In this document: in pieces, positions 13,043 through 25,019 of the stretch | Position numbering within the stretch: the first letter of the stretch is position 1 | Layout of the letters: every line of letters begins with the position of its first letter | Notes under the pieces: model-generated | What the model was told of the DNA's origin: nothing | What the model saw: the letters and a program-made list of their open reading frames with translations, nothing else | The model's database searches: none | Origin: Mobula hypostoma | Lineage: Eukaryota | Reading direction: 5' to 3' | Assembly: GCF_963921235.1 (NCBI RefSeq) | Contig: NC_086097.1 | Coordinates: forward strand, 14,136,001-14,200,000 | DNA: 64,000 nucleotides | Translations under genes and position numbers: made by a program

Positions 13043-14140
13043 TAAGCAGTGGCTGATTGGTAGGAGGCAGCGAGTGAGAATAAGAGGATCCTTTTCTGGT
13101 TGGCTGCCAGTGAGTAGTTGTGTTCCGCAGGGGTCAATGTTGGGTCTGCTTCTCTTTATGCTGTATATCATTGATTTAGATGATGGAATAGATGACTTTG
13201 TTGCAAAGTTTGCAGATGACACAAAGATTGGTGAAGGGGCAGGTAGTCTTGCGGAAACAGGTAAACTGCAGAAGGACTTCGACAGATTAGGAGAATGGGC
13301 AAGAAAGTGGCAAATGAAATACAATGTAGGAAAATGCATGGTCATCTACTTTGGTAGTAGAAATAAATGTGCAGACGATTTTCTAAACAGGGAGAAAATC
13401 CAAAAATCTGAGATGCAAAGGCACTTGGAAGTCCTTGCACAGAGCACCCTAAAGGTTAACTTGCAGTTTGAGTCAGTGGTGAAGAAGCCAAATGCAATTT
13501 TAGCATTCATTTCAAGAGGTCTAGAATACAAGAGCAAGGATGTGATATTGGGGCTTTATAAGGCACTGGTGATGCTTTTCCTTGAGTACCATGAACAGTT
13601 TTGGGCTCCTCATCTGAGAAAAGATGTGCTGATATTGGAGAGAGTCTAGTGGAGGTTCACAAGGATGATTCCAGGAATGAAATGTTTATCATACGAGGAA
13701 CGTTTGATGGCACTGGGTCTGTACTCCCTGAAATTTAGAAGGATGAGAGGGAGATCTCATTGAAACCTTTTGAATGTTGAAAGGGCTAGACAGAGTAGAT
13801 GTGCAAAGGATGTTCTCCATGGTTGAGGAGTCTTGGGCAAGGGGGCACAGACTCAGGATAGAGGGGCATCCATTTAAAACAGAGATGTGGGGAAATTTCT
13901 TTAGCCAGAGGGTGGTAAATTTGTGGAATTTGTTGCCACATGCATCTGTGGAGGCCAGGTCATTGGGTGTATTTAAGGCAGAGTTTGATACATTCCTGAT
14001 TGGACACGGCATCACAGGTTATGGGGAGAAGACCGAGGAGTGGGGCTGAGGAGGGAAAAAAGGATCAGCCATGATTGAATGCAGGAGCAGACTCAGTGGG
14101 CCAAATGGCCTAATTCTGCTCCTATGCTTTATGGTGTTAT
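13043..14140 (+). mobile_element. CR1 LINE 3' portion (RT)
   Basis: VPQGSMLG, AKFADDTK, FFSQRVVNLWN; 3' UTR ggccaaatggcctaattctgctcct. Confidence 0.92.
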
Positions 14141-14429
14141 GGTGATGGGGGTCCATCATATTAAATATAGAAATATTCGAAAAAGAGCAGGTGTATGCCA
14201 CTTAGCCTCATTAGACTGGTTCTCCATTCAATAAATTCACGCCCAAACTCACTGTAACCTCAAGTTCATGTTTTCCTCATACCTTTCTAAACAATTACCC
14301 CTTGATTATCAAGATGATGAAAGTAGAGTCTTTGAGTAGGTTTAAGACAGACATTAATACGTAACTGTCTTAAGCATATTCAAAGAATGTGAATCCATCG
14401 TCTTTTGAGAAACAGCATAAAGGCTCACA

Positions 14430-15600
14430 ACTTTCTGAAACGTATCTGTGAAATGGCTTTTTAGAACAATTTGTGGTTGAGCCCACTAGGGGAAAGGCAA
14501 TTCTGGACTGGGCTTTGCGTAATGAATCATATTTGATTAGGGAGCTTAAGGTAAACCCTCGGGAGGCAATGATGCTGGAATTGAATTGAATTGAATTGAA
14601 TTTATTACTTATATCCTTCACATACATGAGGAGTAAAAATCTTTACGATATGTTTTGTCTAAATGTGCAATGTGCAGTTTATAGTAATTTGTAATAAATA
14701 GTATGTACAACAGGACAGTCAATTTAACATAGAAATACAATTGTATCAGCATGAATTAATCAGTCTGATGACCTGGTGGAAGAAGCTATCCCGGAGCCTG
14801 TTAGTCCTGGCTTTAATGTTGCGGTACCATTTCCTGGATGGTAGCAGCTGGAACAGTTTGTGGTTGGGGTGACTTGGGTCCCCAGTGATCCTTCAGGCCC
14901 TTTTTACAGACCTGTCTTTGTAAATGTCCTGAATAGTGGGAAGTTCACATCTACAGATGCGCTGGGCTGTCTGCACCACTCTCTGCAGAGTCCTGCGATT
15001 GAGGGAAGTATAGTTCCCATACCGGGCAGTGATGCAGCCAGTCAGGATGCTCTCAGTTGTGCCCCTGTAGTAATGGGGTATAAAGAAATGGTGGATGAAC
15101 TTAATAAGTTAATAAGTATAAACTTATTAACTTATGAAGTACTTTGTGTCAGTATTCACTGTGGAAGACTCTTGCAGTACGACAGAAATTTGAGAGTGTC
15201 AGGGGTCAGAGGTGAAGGTAGTTGTTATTACTAATGAGAAGGTATGATAACCAACAGAAGGCAAATAAAAATCCATTAAGGAGAGAAAAGATGAAATATG
15301 AAGATAAGCTAGCCAAAAATATAAATGAAGATACCAAATAATTTTTTTCCAGATATACTAAGAGTAGAAGAGAGACGAAGGTGGATTTCAAACCACTAGA
15401 AAACAATACCGGAGAGGTAGTAATGGCGGACAAAGAAATGGCGGATGAACTGTGGATCAGTCTTCACTGTGAAAGACATTAGCAGTATGCCACAAATTTG
15501 AGTCTGTTGGAGGCAAAAGCGATTGTACTTATAATTTCTAATGAGATGGTGCTTGGGAAGGAGAAAGGTCTGAAGGTAGATAAGTCACCTGGACCAGATA
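14430..15600 (+). mobile_element. CR1 ORF2 fragments split by a Rex1-like insert
   Basis: EPTRGKAILDW-like segment; host reads gatgctgga|...|gtagtaatgggg across the insert; KSPGPD motif near 15580. Confidence 0.65.
14578..15070 (-). mobile_element. Rex1/Babar-like LINE 3' fragment
   Basis: Reverse translation TESILTGCITA...; (ttcaa)n tail seen as gaattgaattgaatt. Confidence 0.75.
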
Positions 15601-15924
15601 AGAGCCCACAGTAATACAGGAAAGATACTGGCATAGATGGAAAACAAGTGAAAATCTGCAGATGCTGGAAATCAAAGTAATACCTTGGAATTCGTTGCTA
15701 CAGGCAGCTGTGCAGGCTAAGTCATCATATATATTTAAGGCAGAGGTTGATAGATTCTTGATTGGTCAAGACATGAAGGCACATCGGGAGAAGGCAGGAG
15801 ATTGTGGCTGAGAGGAAAATTGGATCAGCCATGATGAAATGGCAAAGCAGACTTGATGAGTCAAATGGCCTAATTCTGCTCCTATATCTGATGGACTTAT
15901 ATACACATACATATTATGGTCTAA

Positions 15925-16020
15925 TACACACAAAATGTTAGATGAATTCAGCAGGCGAGGCAGCATTTATGGAAAAGAGAAAACGGTCAATGTTTCGGGC
16001 CGAAACTCTTCATCAGGACT
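15925..16020 (-). mobile_element. Penelope-derived fragment with hammerhead motif
   Basis: Reverse complement agtcctgatgaagagtttcggcccgaaacattgac. Confidence 0.65.
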
Positions 16021-16029
16021 CATTCATTC

Positions 16030-16410
16030 AGATAAAATATTGGATAAAAGATTGGCTGACTGACAAAAGGCAAAGACTGGGGATAAAGTGGGCCCTTTCT
16101 GGTTGGCTGCCGGTGACTAGTGGTATTCCACCAGGGCTGGGACTGCTTCTTTTCATGTTATATGTCAATGATTTAGATGGCAGAATTGATGTGGCCAAGT
16201 TTGTAGGCAGCATGACGATAGGTAGAGTGGCATGTAGTTTGAGGAAGCAGAGTGTCGGCAGGAAGACTTGACAGATTGAAAGAATGGGCAAAGAAATCTC
16301 GGATAGAATATAGTGGCGGGAGGTGTATGGACATGGACTTCAATAGAAGATATAAAAGCATAGACTGTTTTCTAAAGGGGAGAAAATTCAAAAATCACAG
16401 GTGCAAAGAC
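16030..16410 (+). mobile_element. CR1 RT fragment
   Basis: WIKDWLTDKRQR...GWLPVTSGIP...LYVNDLD. Confidence 0.8.
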
Positions 16411-17119
16411 AATAAATTCAACTTTGATTTTTAATTCTAGCAGTAAAGAATAGCATTCTGCGAGCTTTCCTAATTATCTGAAGACCTTCTGCAAATAATA
16501 TACCAGGGAACCAGATTCCTTTGCAGCTCCCAGTGTTACAATCAGTCACAATTTAACTATTGCATTTTTCCCTACCAAAATGCACAATTTTACATGTTTT
16601 TGCATAAGTTCCTACATTGTTATCAATAAACCAAGCATAATATATATTTGAAGCTAGAATGCCAGGGATGCATCCCTCCGATTATGACAAGATCTTTAGG
16701 AATCGTTATTTTTCCACATTTTCACTTGGTCTAGTACAATACCGATTGCATTAAGTAATTGACCATTAACTTCGTCTTTCAGTCTTTTGGAACCTTGTAG
16801 CTCATACAGTAAGTTCGATGTGAAGAGTTGCATGCTCACAAGAGGAGAGATTCTTCTCTGTACAATCAGCACAAGTAAAGTGTCAGTATACGCTTATCTA
16901 GTCAAGTGATGACAGCATGAGAGACTTGAGCATTTACTTCTTTTACATGAAGTAACAGCGAGAAGACTCCAAACATGAATTACCACGAGGTACATGCAGA
17001 GAAAGAGCTTCCTGTACATTGTCTCAAGAATTCACACAGCACCAAACACCTGTCCTACATCAAAGTGGCATGCCCCTCACCCACCACTATCCATGTGTCG
17101 CTCTGGAGATAAAAATCAG

Positions 17120-17490
17120 AGTGGGTGTTTGCCCACTGTGTCCGACGATGACAGAAAACCTGTGCGGGGGAGTTTTTAAATGGAAAAACCGTTGCGCTGG
17201 GGCAGTCCTGCTTTCTCAACCTTGAAGTTCCAAATCCAGTGGTATGAAGAAGTGTCACAAACTGCGGTCTTCCTTGGTTGCAGTAGATGACTTCTGTGCC
17301 TTCTCATACTCTTTGCTCTCCACCTTCCCGGCCGTTGGATCTCACTGTAGATCTCATCCGCCCAGTCCACCAGAGCTGACTTTGCAAGCTAGGGCAGGCA
17401 TGCAAAGTCAACTCAGCATGGGATAGTGAGACGTCGTTATCTCACCAGGGTATGAGATCGCCTGCTACCCTCACCTAATGTAGCCCCCTT
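17120..17490. mobile_element. Unclassified interspersed repeat (possibly RTE-related)
   Basis: Start 'tgtccgacgatgacagaaaacctgtgcggg' recurs at ~33025-33065. Confidence 0.4.
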
Positions 17491-18256
17491 GGGTCCATGG
17501 GTTAAATAGGTGGCTTGCTGGTTGGGCCAGAGGCATTGTCCATGCTGTATCTCCAAATAAAAATAAAATATAAATAAAATAATTAATTTTTCACAGATGA
17601 CTGATACATTGAGAATTTCTGGCATCAGTCTTTCTTCCAGGACTCACATGGTTGACTCTCAACTGCGCCTAATTTCAGGGCAATTAGGGATTGACAATAA
17701 ATGCCGGCCGTACTACCACTGTGCACATTTCACAAATCAATAATAAAAATATATAAATGCAAGCTCATTCTTTATTGAAGATACTTTTGAATGAATTTCC
17801 ATAAAGACTGGTGAAAGACACAGGGAGAAGTGATTTTGCAGCCTTAGATTACTGTGTTCTTGAAAAGTAAATGTACGGCAAAGTTAAAGAATTAAAACCT
17901 TATCCCTTGGTGAATGGCATCTGTTGTCTGTTATCCAGATTTAATGATATTCTACTGTCATTTCTGCTCCATGGGTCATGTTTAACTTTGCTCTACTAGA
18001 GGGAAGAATCTGCAGTGTTTCTCTGAAGCTGGAGTCCATGCTGCAATTATACACATGGGAGCCAGAAAGAGTTAAAGTGACTTCACCTCAAACTGCAAAG
18101 AGCAAGCTTCTTTCACCAAAATACTTTCACCAAAAATACAATAAGCATGAAGAACACACAATAAAAAAATTGAAACAAAAGAAAACCACAATAAATATAA
18201 ATAATATAAAAGCAGTCCTATAAAACACAATGTACAAGCAACATTTATATACATAG

Positions 18257-18495
18257 ACACAAGAGGTACTGCAGATGCTGGAAATCTAGAGCAATGCACA
18301 CAATGTGCTGGAGGGGTTCAACCAGTCAGACGGCATCTATGGATTTGAATAAACAGTCGTTTCGAGCCGAGATCCTTCATCAGGACTTACGAGTCATGAG
18401 GCCAGATGAAGGGTCTCGGCTGAAACGTTGACTGTTTATTCCCATCCATAGATTCTGCCTGATCTGCTGAACTCTTCCAGCATTCTGTGTGTATT
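18257..18495. mobile_element. Palindromic Penelope-derived element with two opposed, damaged hammerhead motifs
   Basis: Inverted arms around tcatcag (18377-18383, minus-strand core) and ccagatgaagggtctcggctgaaacgttgactg (plus). Confidence 0.75.
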
Positions 18496-18840
18496 ACCGT
18501 TATATACATAGACTGATTGTATGTACATACAGTATCGTGATGCTGGTTGATGTTTACGTAGTGGTGTTGGGGGGTAGTGGGGTGAGTTGACAGGTGAAGG
18601 TGTTGATCAGCCTGACAGCTTGAGGAAGGAACTACTTTTGAGTCTACTGGACCTGGCATAGATGTCTTGGCATTAAACAGGTACGATGGATGGTAATACC
18701 GTGCAGTGTATATAAGCAAATAGGATCCTATACTCTTTTTCGCATTAACCTCTACTAAGGGATAATTAGCAATAGACAATTAAGCAAACAATATGTTATT
18801 GCACGACAAACAATCAGCTGGAGGAACCCAGCAGGTCGAG

Positions 18841-19413
18841 AAACATAGTAACATAGAAAATAGGTGCAGGAGTAGGCCATTCGGCCCTTCGAGCCTGCAC
18901 CGCCATTTATTATGATCATGGCTGATCATCCAACTCAGAACCCCGCCCCAGCCTTCCCTCCATACCCCCTGACCCCTGTAGCCACAAGGGCCATATCTAA
19001 CTCCCTCTTAAACATAGTCAATGAACTGGCCTCAACAGTTTGCTGTGGCAGAGAATTCCACAGATTCACCACTCTCTGTGTGAAGTTTTTCCTAATCTCG
19101 GTCCTAAAAGGCTTCCCCTCTATCCTCAAACTGTGACCCCTCATTCTGGACTTCCCCAACATCGGGAACAATCTTCCTGCATCTAGCCTGTCCAATCCCT
19201 TTAGGATCTTATACGTTTCAATCAGATCCCCCCTCAATCTTCTAAATTCCAACGAGTACAAGCCCAGTTCATCCAGTCTTTCTTCATATGAAAGTCCTGC
19301 CATCCCAGGAATCAATCTGGTGAACCTTCTTTGTACTCCCTCTATGGCAAAGATGTTTTTCCTCAGATTAGGGGACCAAAACTGCACACAATACTCCAGG
19401 TGTGGTCTCACCA
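18841..19413 (-). mobile_element. Young CR1 3' fragment
   Basis: LVRPHLEYCVQFW...QRVVNLWNSLP; (tatgtttc)n tail; nearly identical to 19431-20010. Confidence 0.95.
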
Positions 19414-19430
19414 AGTATGTGTAGGGGTAA

Positions 19431-21968
19431 TAGAAACATAGAAACATAGAAACATAGAAAATAGGTGCAGGAGTAGGCCATTCGGCCCTTCGAGCCTGCA
19501 CCGCCATTTATTATGATCATGGCTGATCATCCAACTCAGAACCCAGCCTTCCCTCCATACCCCCTGACCCCTGTAGCCACAAGGGCCATATCTAACTTCC
19601 TTTTAAACATAGCTAATGAACTGGCCTCAACAGTTTGCTGTGGCAGAGAATTCCACAGATTCACCACTCTCTGTGTGAAGAAGTTTTTCCTAACCTCGGT
19701 CCTAAAAGGCTTCCCCTCTATCCTCAAACTGTGACCCCTCGTTCTAGACCTCCCCAACATCGGGAACAATCTTCCCGCATCTAGCCTGTCCAATCCCTTT
19801 AGGATCTTATACGTTTCAATCAGATCCCCCCTCAATCTTCTAAATTCCAACGAGTACAAGCCCAGTTCATCCAGTCTTTCTTCATATGAAAGACCTGCCA
19901 TCCCAGGAATCAATCTGGTGAACCTTCTTTGTACTCCCTCTATGGCAAAGATGTCTTTCCTCAGATTAGGGAACCAAAACTGCACACAATACTCCAGGTG
20001 TGGTCTCACCAAGGCCTTGTACAACTGCAGTAGTACCTCCCTGCTCCTGTACTCGAATCCTCTCGCTATAAATGCCAGCATACCGTTCGCCTTTTTCACC
20101 GCCTGCTGTACCTGCATGCCCACTTTCAATGACTGGTGTATAATGACACCCAGGTCTCGTTGCACCTCCCCTTTTCCTAATCGGCCACCATTCAGATAAT
20201 AATCTGTTTTCCTATTTTTGCCACCAAAGTGGATAACTTCACATTTATCCACATTAAATTGCATCTGCCATGAGTTTGCCCACTCACCCAACCTATCCAA
20301 GTCACCCTGCATCCTCTTAGCATCCTCCTCACTGCTAACACTGCCACCCAGCTTCGTGTCATCCGCAAACTTGGAGATGCTGCATTTAATTCCCTCATCC
20401 AAGTCATTAATATATATTGTAAACAACTGGGGTCCCAGCACTGAGCCTTGCGGTACCCCACTAGTCACCGCCTGCCATTCTGAAAAGGTCCCGTTTATTC
20501 CCACTCTTTGCTTCCTGTCTGCTAACCAATTCTCCACCCACACCAATACCTTACCCCCAATACCGTGTGCTTTAAGTTTGCACACTAATCTCCTGTGTGG
20601 GACCTTGTCAAAAGCCTTTTGAAAATCCAAATATACCACATCCACTGGTTCTCCCCTATCCACTCTACTAGTTACATCCTCAAAAAATTCTATGAGATTC
20701 GTCAGACATGATTTTCCTTTCACAAATCCATGCTGACTTTGTCCGATCATTTCACCGCTTTCCAAATGTGCTGTTATCACATCCTTGATAACTGACTCCA
20801 GCAGTTTCCCCACCACCGACGTTAGGCTAACCGGCCTATAATTCCCCAGTTTCTCTCTCCCTCCTTTTTTAAAAAGTGGGGTTACATTAGCCACCCTCCA
20901 ATCCTCAGGAACTAGTCCAGAATCTAACGAGTTTTGAAAAATTATCACTAATGCATCCACTATTTCTTGGGCCACTTCCTTAAGCACTCTGGGATGCAGA
21001 CCATCTGGCCCTGGGGATTTATCTGCCTTCAATCCCTTCAATTTACCCAACACCACTTCCCTACTAACATGTATTTCGCTCAGTTCCTCCATCTCACTGG
21101 ACCCTCTGTCCCTTACTATTTCTGGAAGATTATTTATGTCCTCCTTAGTGAAGACAGAACCAAAGTAATTATTCAATTGGTCTGCCATGTCCTTGCTCCC
21201 CATAATCAATTCACCTGTTTCTGTTTGCAGGGGACCTACATTTGTCTTTATCAGTCTTTTCCTTTTTACATATCTATAAAAGCTTTTACAGTCCGTTTTT
21301 ATGTTCTCTGCCAGTTTTCTCTCATAATCTTTTTTCCCCTTCCTAATTAAGCCCTTTGCCCTCCTCTGCTGAACTCTGAATTTCTCCCAGTCCTCAGGTG
21401 AGCCACTTTCTCTGGCTAATTTGTATGCTACTTCTTTGGAATTGATACTATCCCTAATTTCTCTTGTCAGCCACGGGTGCACTACCTTCCTTGATTTATT
21501 CTTTTGCCAAACTGGGATGAACAATTGTTGTAGTTCATCCATGCAACCTTTAAATGCCTGCCATTGCATATCCACCGTCAATCCTTGAAGTGTCATTTGC
21601 CAGTCTATCTTAGCTAATTCACGTCTCATACCTTCAAAGTTACCCCTCTTTAAGTTCAGAACCTTTGTTTCTGAATTAACTACGTCACTCTCCATGTTAA
21701 TGAAGAATTCCACCATATTATGGTCACTCTTACCTAAGGGGCCTCTCACGACAAGATCGCTAATTAACCCTTCCTCATTGCTCAAAACCCAGTCCAGAAT
21801 AGCCTGCTCTCTAGTCGGTTCCTCGACATGTTGGTTCAAAAAACCATCCCGCATACATTCCAAGAAATCCTCTTCCTCAGCACCTTTACCAATTTGGTTC
21901 ACCCAGTCTACATGTAGATTGAAGTCACCCATTATAACTGCTGTTCCTTTATTGCACACATTTCTAAT
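19431..21968 (-). mobile_element. Young 5'-truncated CR1 LINE
   Basis: Uninterrupted ORF2, 3' UTR hairpin region and (tatgtttc)n octamer tail. Confidence 0.97.
19536..21959 (-). CDS. CR1 ORF2: C-terminal half of APE endonuclease plus reverse transcriptase (807 aa, N-terminus missing)
   Basis: MGDFN, SDHN (APE); KSPGPDG, NYRPVSL, QHGF, LDFQKAFDKV, GVPQGSVLGP, FADD (RT); the called start is an internal GTG. Confidence 0.93.
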   Translation of the reverse strand: MCNKGTAVIMGDFNLHVDWVNQIGKGAEEEDFLECMRDGFLNQHVEEPTREQAILDWVLSNEEGLISDLVVRGPLGKSDHNMVEFFINMESDVVNSETKVLNLKRGNFEGMRRELAKIDWQMTLQGLTVDMQWQAFKGCMDELQQLFIPVWQKNKSRKVVHPWLTREIRDSINSKEVAYKLARESGSPEDWEKFRVQQRRAKGLIRKGKKDYERKLAENIKTDCKSFYRYVKRKRLIKTNVGPLQTETGELIMGSKDMADQLNNYFGSVFTKEDINNLPEIVRDRGSSEMEELSEIHVSREVVLGKLKGLKADKSPGPDGLHPRVLKEVAQEIVDALVIIFQNSLDSGLVPEDWRVANVTPLFKKGGREKLGNYRPVSLTSVVGKLLESVIKDVITAHLESGEMIGQSQHGFVKGKSCLTNLIEFFEDVTSRVDRGEPVDVVYLDFQKAFDKVPHRRLVCKLKAHGIGGKVLVWVENWLADRKQRVGINGTFSEWQAVTSGVPQGSVLGPQLFTIYINDLDEGIKCSISKFADDTKLGGSVSSEEDAKRMQGDLDRLGEWANSWQMQFNVDKCEVIHFGGKNRKTDYYLNGGRLGKGEVQRDLGVIIHQSLKVGMQVQQAVKKANGMLAFIARGFEYRSREVLLQLYKALVRPHLEYCVQFWFPNLRKDIFAIEGVQRRFTRLIPGMAGLSYEERLDELGLYSLEFRRLRGDLIETYKILKGLDRLDAGRLFPMLGRSRTRGHSLRIEGKPFRTEVRKNFFTQRVVNLWNSLPQQTVEASSLAMFKRKLDMALVATGVRGYGGKAGF

Positions 21969-22046
21969 TACATTTCTAATGTTTTATATTGAAAGCTTGA
22001 CAAAGTCAAAGGTTGGTGATAATGGTTCAAATCAAAGGAAATCAAA

Positions 22047-22080
22047 TAGAAACATAGAAACATAGAAACATAGAAAATAG
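22047..22080 (-). mobile_element. Tail-only insertion of the same CR1 subfamily
   Basis: (gaaacata)3 gaaaatag, identical to the tail start at 19432. Confidence 0.75.
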
Positions 22081-22349
22081 TTCAAGGAAGAATCCTGGTT
22101 CTATACATATCCAAAACATCAGCAATTCAGTTACCCCTCAGGGATGCTGTTTAACCCATTGAGTTCCTATTGGTCCAAATTCTGGACCATGCAGTGTCTT
22201 GTGTGTGCTGTACATCTTTGAGGTTTGAAAGGGAATTCAGGCCGTCATGGAGTGAATACACAAATTACACGGAGACGTTTTGAGGATATTGAGCATTCCT
22301 GTTCCAGAGCCCTAAGCTTAAGCCAAGGCCTTAAGTCCATGGGTTAAGA

Positions 22350-22845
22350 GCTAAATAAAGTTGAAAGAGTACAGAGAAAATTTACAAGGATGTTGCTAGG
22401 TCTGGAGAACCAGAGTTATAAGGAGAGATTGAATAGGTTAGGATTTCCTACCTTGGAACTTTGAAGATTGAGAGGAGATTTGATAGCAAAACGATGAGGG
22501 GAATAGAAAGAGTAAATGCAAGCAGACTTTTTCCACTGAGGTAGGGTAAGACTGTATCTAGAGGTCATGGGTTAAGGGTGAAAGGAGAAAGTTTAAGGGG
22601 AACATGAAGGGAAGCTTCTTCAGTCAGAGGGTCACAAAAGTATGGAACAAACTGTCAGTATATGTGCTGTATGCAAGCTCAATTTCAATGTTTAAGAGAA
22701 GTTTGAGTAGGTACATGGATGGTAGTGGTATGGAGAGCTATTGTCCCGATGCAGAGTGATGGGAGTAGGTAGTTTAAATGGTTCAGCACGGACAAGATGG
22801 GCCAAAGGACCTGTTTCTGTGCTGTACTTTTCTATGATTTTATGA
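22350..22845 (+). mobile_element. HER1/CR1-type LINE 3' end
   Basis: gttgaaagagtacagagaaaatttacaaggatgttg...gggccaaaggacctgtttctgtgctgta. Confidence 0.8.
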
Positions 22846-23074
22846 CCTTGTGCACAATGCTTTACGGCGCCAGCTGTGTGATCAGGGTTTAATTCCTGCT
22901 GTGCCTGTAAGGAGTCAGTAAGTTGAGGTCATATAATGTTGGCATTTGAAGCATGGCGACACTTGCCATCTGCCCAGCATAATTCTCGCTGATATATTTT
23001 TGACACAAATGTTGCATTTCACTGTATGCCTCAATGCACATGTGATAAATAAACCTAATCTTTAAAGTTTTTTA

Positions 23075-23627
23075 CACTCAGTGGCCACTTTATTAGGTAC
23101 ACCTGCTTGTTAGTGCAAATATCTAATCAGCCAATCATGTGGCAGCAACTCAATGCGTAAACTCAATACAGTCATAGTCAATTGTTGTTCAGACCACACG
23201 TCAGAATGGAGGACAAATATGATCTAAATGACTTTGACCATGGAATGATTATTGGTGCCATACGGGGTGGTTTGAGTATCTGAGAAACTGCTGAGCTCCT
23301 GGGCTCTTCATGCACAATAGTCTCTAGAGTTTACAGAGAACAATGCGAAAAACAAAAAAAAATATAGTGAGCAGCAGTTCTGCAGGGAAAAAAGCTTTGC
23401 TAATGAGAGAGGTCAGAGGAGAATGGCTTGGATGGGTCAAGCTGACAGGAAGGCAACAGTAACTCAAATAAGCACCATTACCACAGTGTTGTGCAGAAGA
23501 GCATGACTGAAAGCACAGCACACTAAACCTTGAAGTGGATGGGCTACAGCAGCAGAAGACCATGAACATACACTCAGTGGCTACTATATTAGGTACAGAA
23601 AGAACTTAATAAAGTGGTTACTGAGTG
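23075..23627 (+). mobile_element. Tc1-like DNA transposon deletion derivative
   Basis: TIR cactcagtggccactttattag / ttaataaagtggttactgagtg, TA on both sides; relic paired domain DLNDFDHGMIIGA...ISETAELLG...ERGQRRMA...ADRKATVTQI...MGYSSRRP. Confidence 0.9.
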
Positions 23628-24059
23628 TAGATGTCTATAAGTACTCTCAGTTTAGGGAGATTACGTATACTATATCAGCCCATAATTCAAAGACATTTAT
23701 TTAACTGTTTTGGTTTCTTTTCTGAATTCTTTTCAATACACATTACTTTGAACAGTGAGTCCCCCACCCTCCTAATGAAAGAGTTAATAGAGCAGATTAA
23801 ACAGAATTATTTTATTTAAATGTAATATATTTATTTGAGGAATAATTCCAACACAGGTTATAATTCTACAAAGGATTTCCAACCACAAAAATTACAAATC
23901 ATAACAATGAGTCGCAGATGAACATGTAATTTGTCACGAAAAGAAAGTTCGAGGAAGACATTCTTCTTGGGTTGAGACCAGGGAGTGAACTCTATTTCTT
24001 TATATCTGTAACTCCTCCACACCCTTACTATCTTTCTAATATTTAAGTAACTTTAAATT

Positions 24060-24545
24060 CATTGGTGTTACAATTTCAGAGGATCTGTCCTGGACCAAGC
24101 ACGTCATCTAAAACTTTGACTAACTTCACAGTGGAGAGTATCCTGACTGGTTGCATCACAGCCTGGTATGGAAATACCAATGCCTAAGAATGGAAAGGCC
24201 TACAAAAGGTAATGGATACAACCCATTCCATCACAGTAGAAGATCCAGCCCATTCCATTCCTACCCACATTCAGGTACAGCTACAAGGAGTGCTGCTACA
24301 AAAAAAAAGCGGAACCAGTCATCAAGAACCCCTACATCCAGACCAAGTTCTCTTCTCACTGCTGCCATCGTGAAGGAGATACAGGAGCCTTAGGGCCCAC
24401 ACCACCAGTTTCAGGAACAGTTATTACCCTTCAACCTTCAGGCTCCTGAACCAGTGTGGATAACTCCAATCAACACAGAAATGATTCCACAACCTACAGA
24501 CTCACTTTCAAGGACTCTATAACTCATGATCTCAGTATTGTTTAT
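24060..24545 (+). mobile_element. Rex1/Babar-like LINE relic
   Basis: gtggagagtatcctgactggttgcatcacagcctggtatgg (VESILTGCITAWYG). Confidence 0.75.
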
Positions 24546-24547
24546 TT

Positions 24548-25019
24548 ATGAGTCACACTCAGGTTCGAGGAGCCACACCTTATTTTTTGTCTGGATAGTC
24601 TCCAACCTGATGTCATGAATATCAAACTCTCCTTCTCGTAAAATAATTTTTCCCACCTCCTCCCCTCTTCTTCTATTACCTACACTGGCCTCTAATCTCT
24701 TATCACCGGCCTACCACTGTCACTCCTGGTCCCCTCCTCCTTCCCTTTCTCCTATGGTCTACTCTCCTCTCCTATCAGATTCCTTCCTCTCCAGCCTCCT
24801 GGCTTCACCTTTTACCTTCTAGCTACCTTTCTTCCCTCCCCCCCCCCACCTTTTTATTCTGGTATCTTCCCCCTTCCTTTCAAGTCCTGAAGACGGGACT
24901 TGGCCCAAAACATTGACTGTTCTATTCATTTTCATAGATGCTGCCTGACCTGCTGAGTTCCTCCAGCATCCAGCGCGTGCCGCTCCAGATCTCCAGCATC
25001 TGCAGAATTTCTCATATTT
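24548..25019 (+). mobile_element. Penelope-like element 3' end (GIY-YIG C-terminus, pyrimidine-rich UTR, decayed hammerhead)
   Basis: LRFEEPHLIFCLDSLQPDVMNIKLS*; agtcctgaagacgggacttggcccaaaacattgact at ~24883-24918. Confidence 0.8.

Noticed and set aside
18841..20010. LTR pair or CRISPR-like repeat
   Set aside because: The direct repeats are two CR1 3' ends with octamer tails; no TG...CA ends, PBS or spacers
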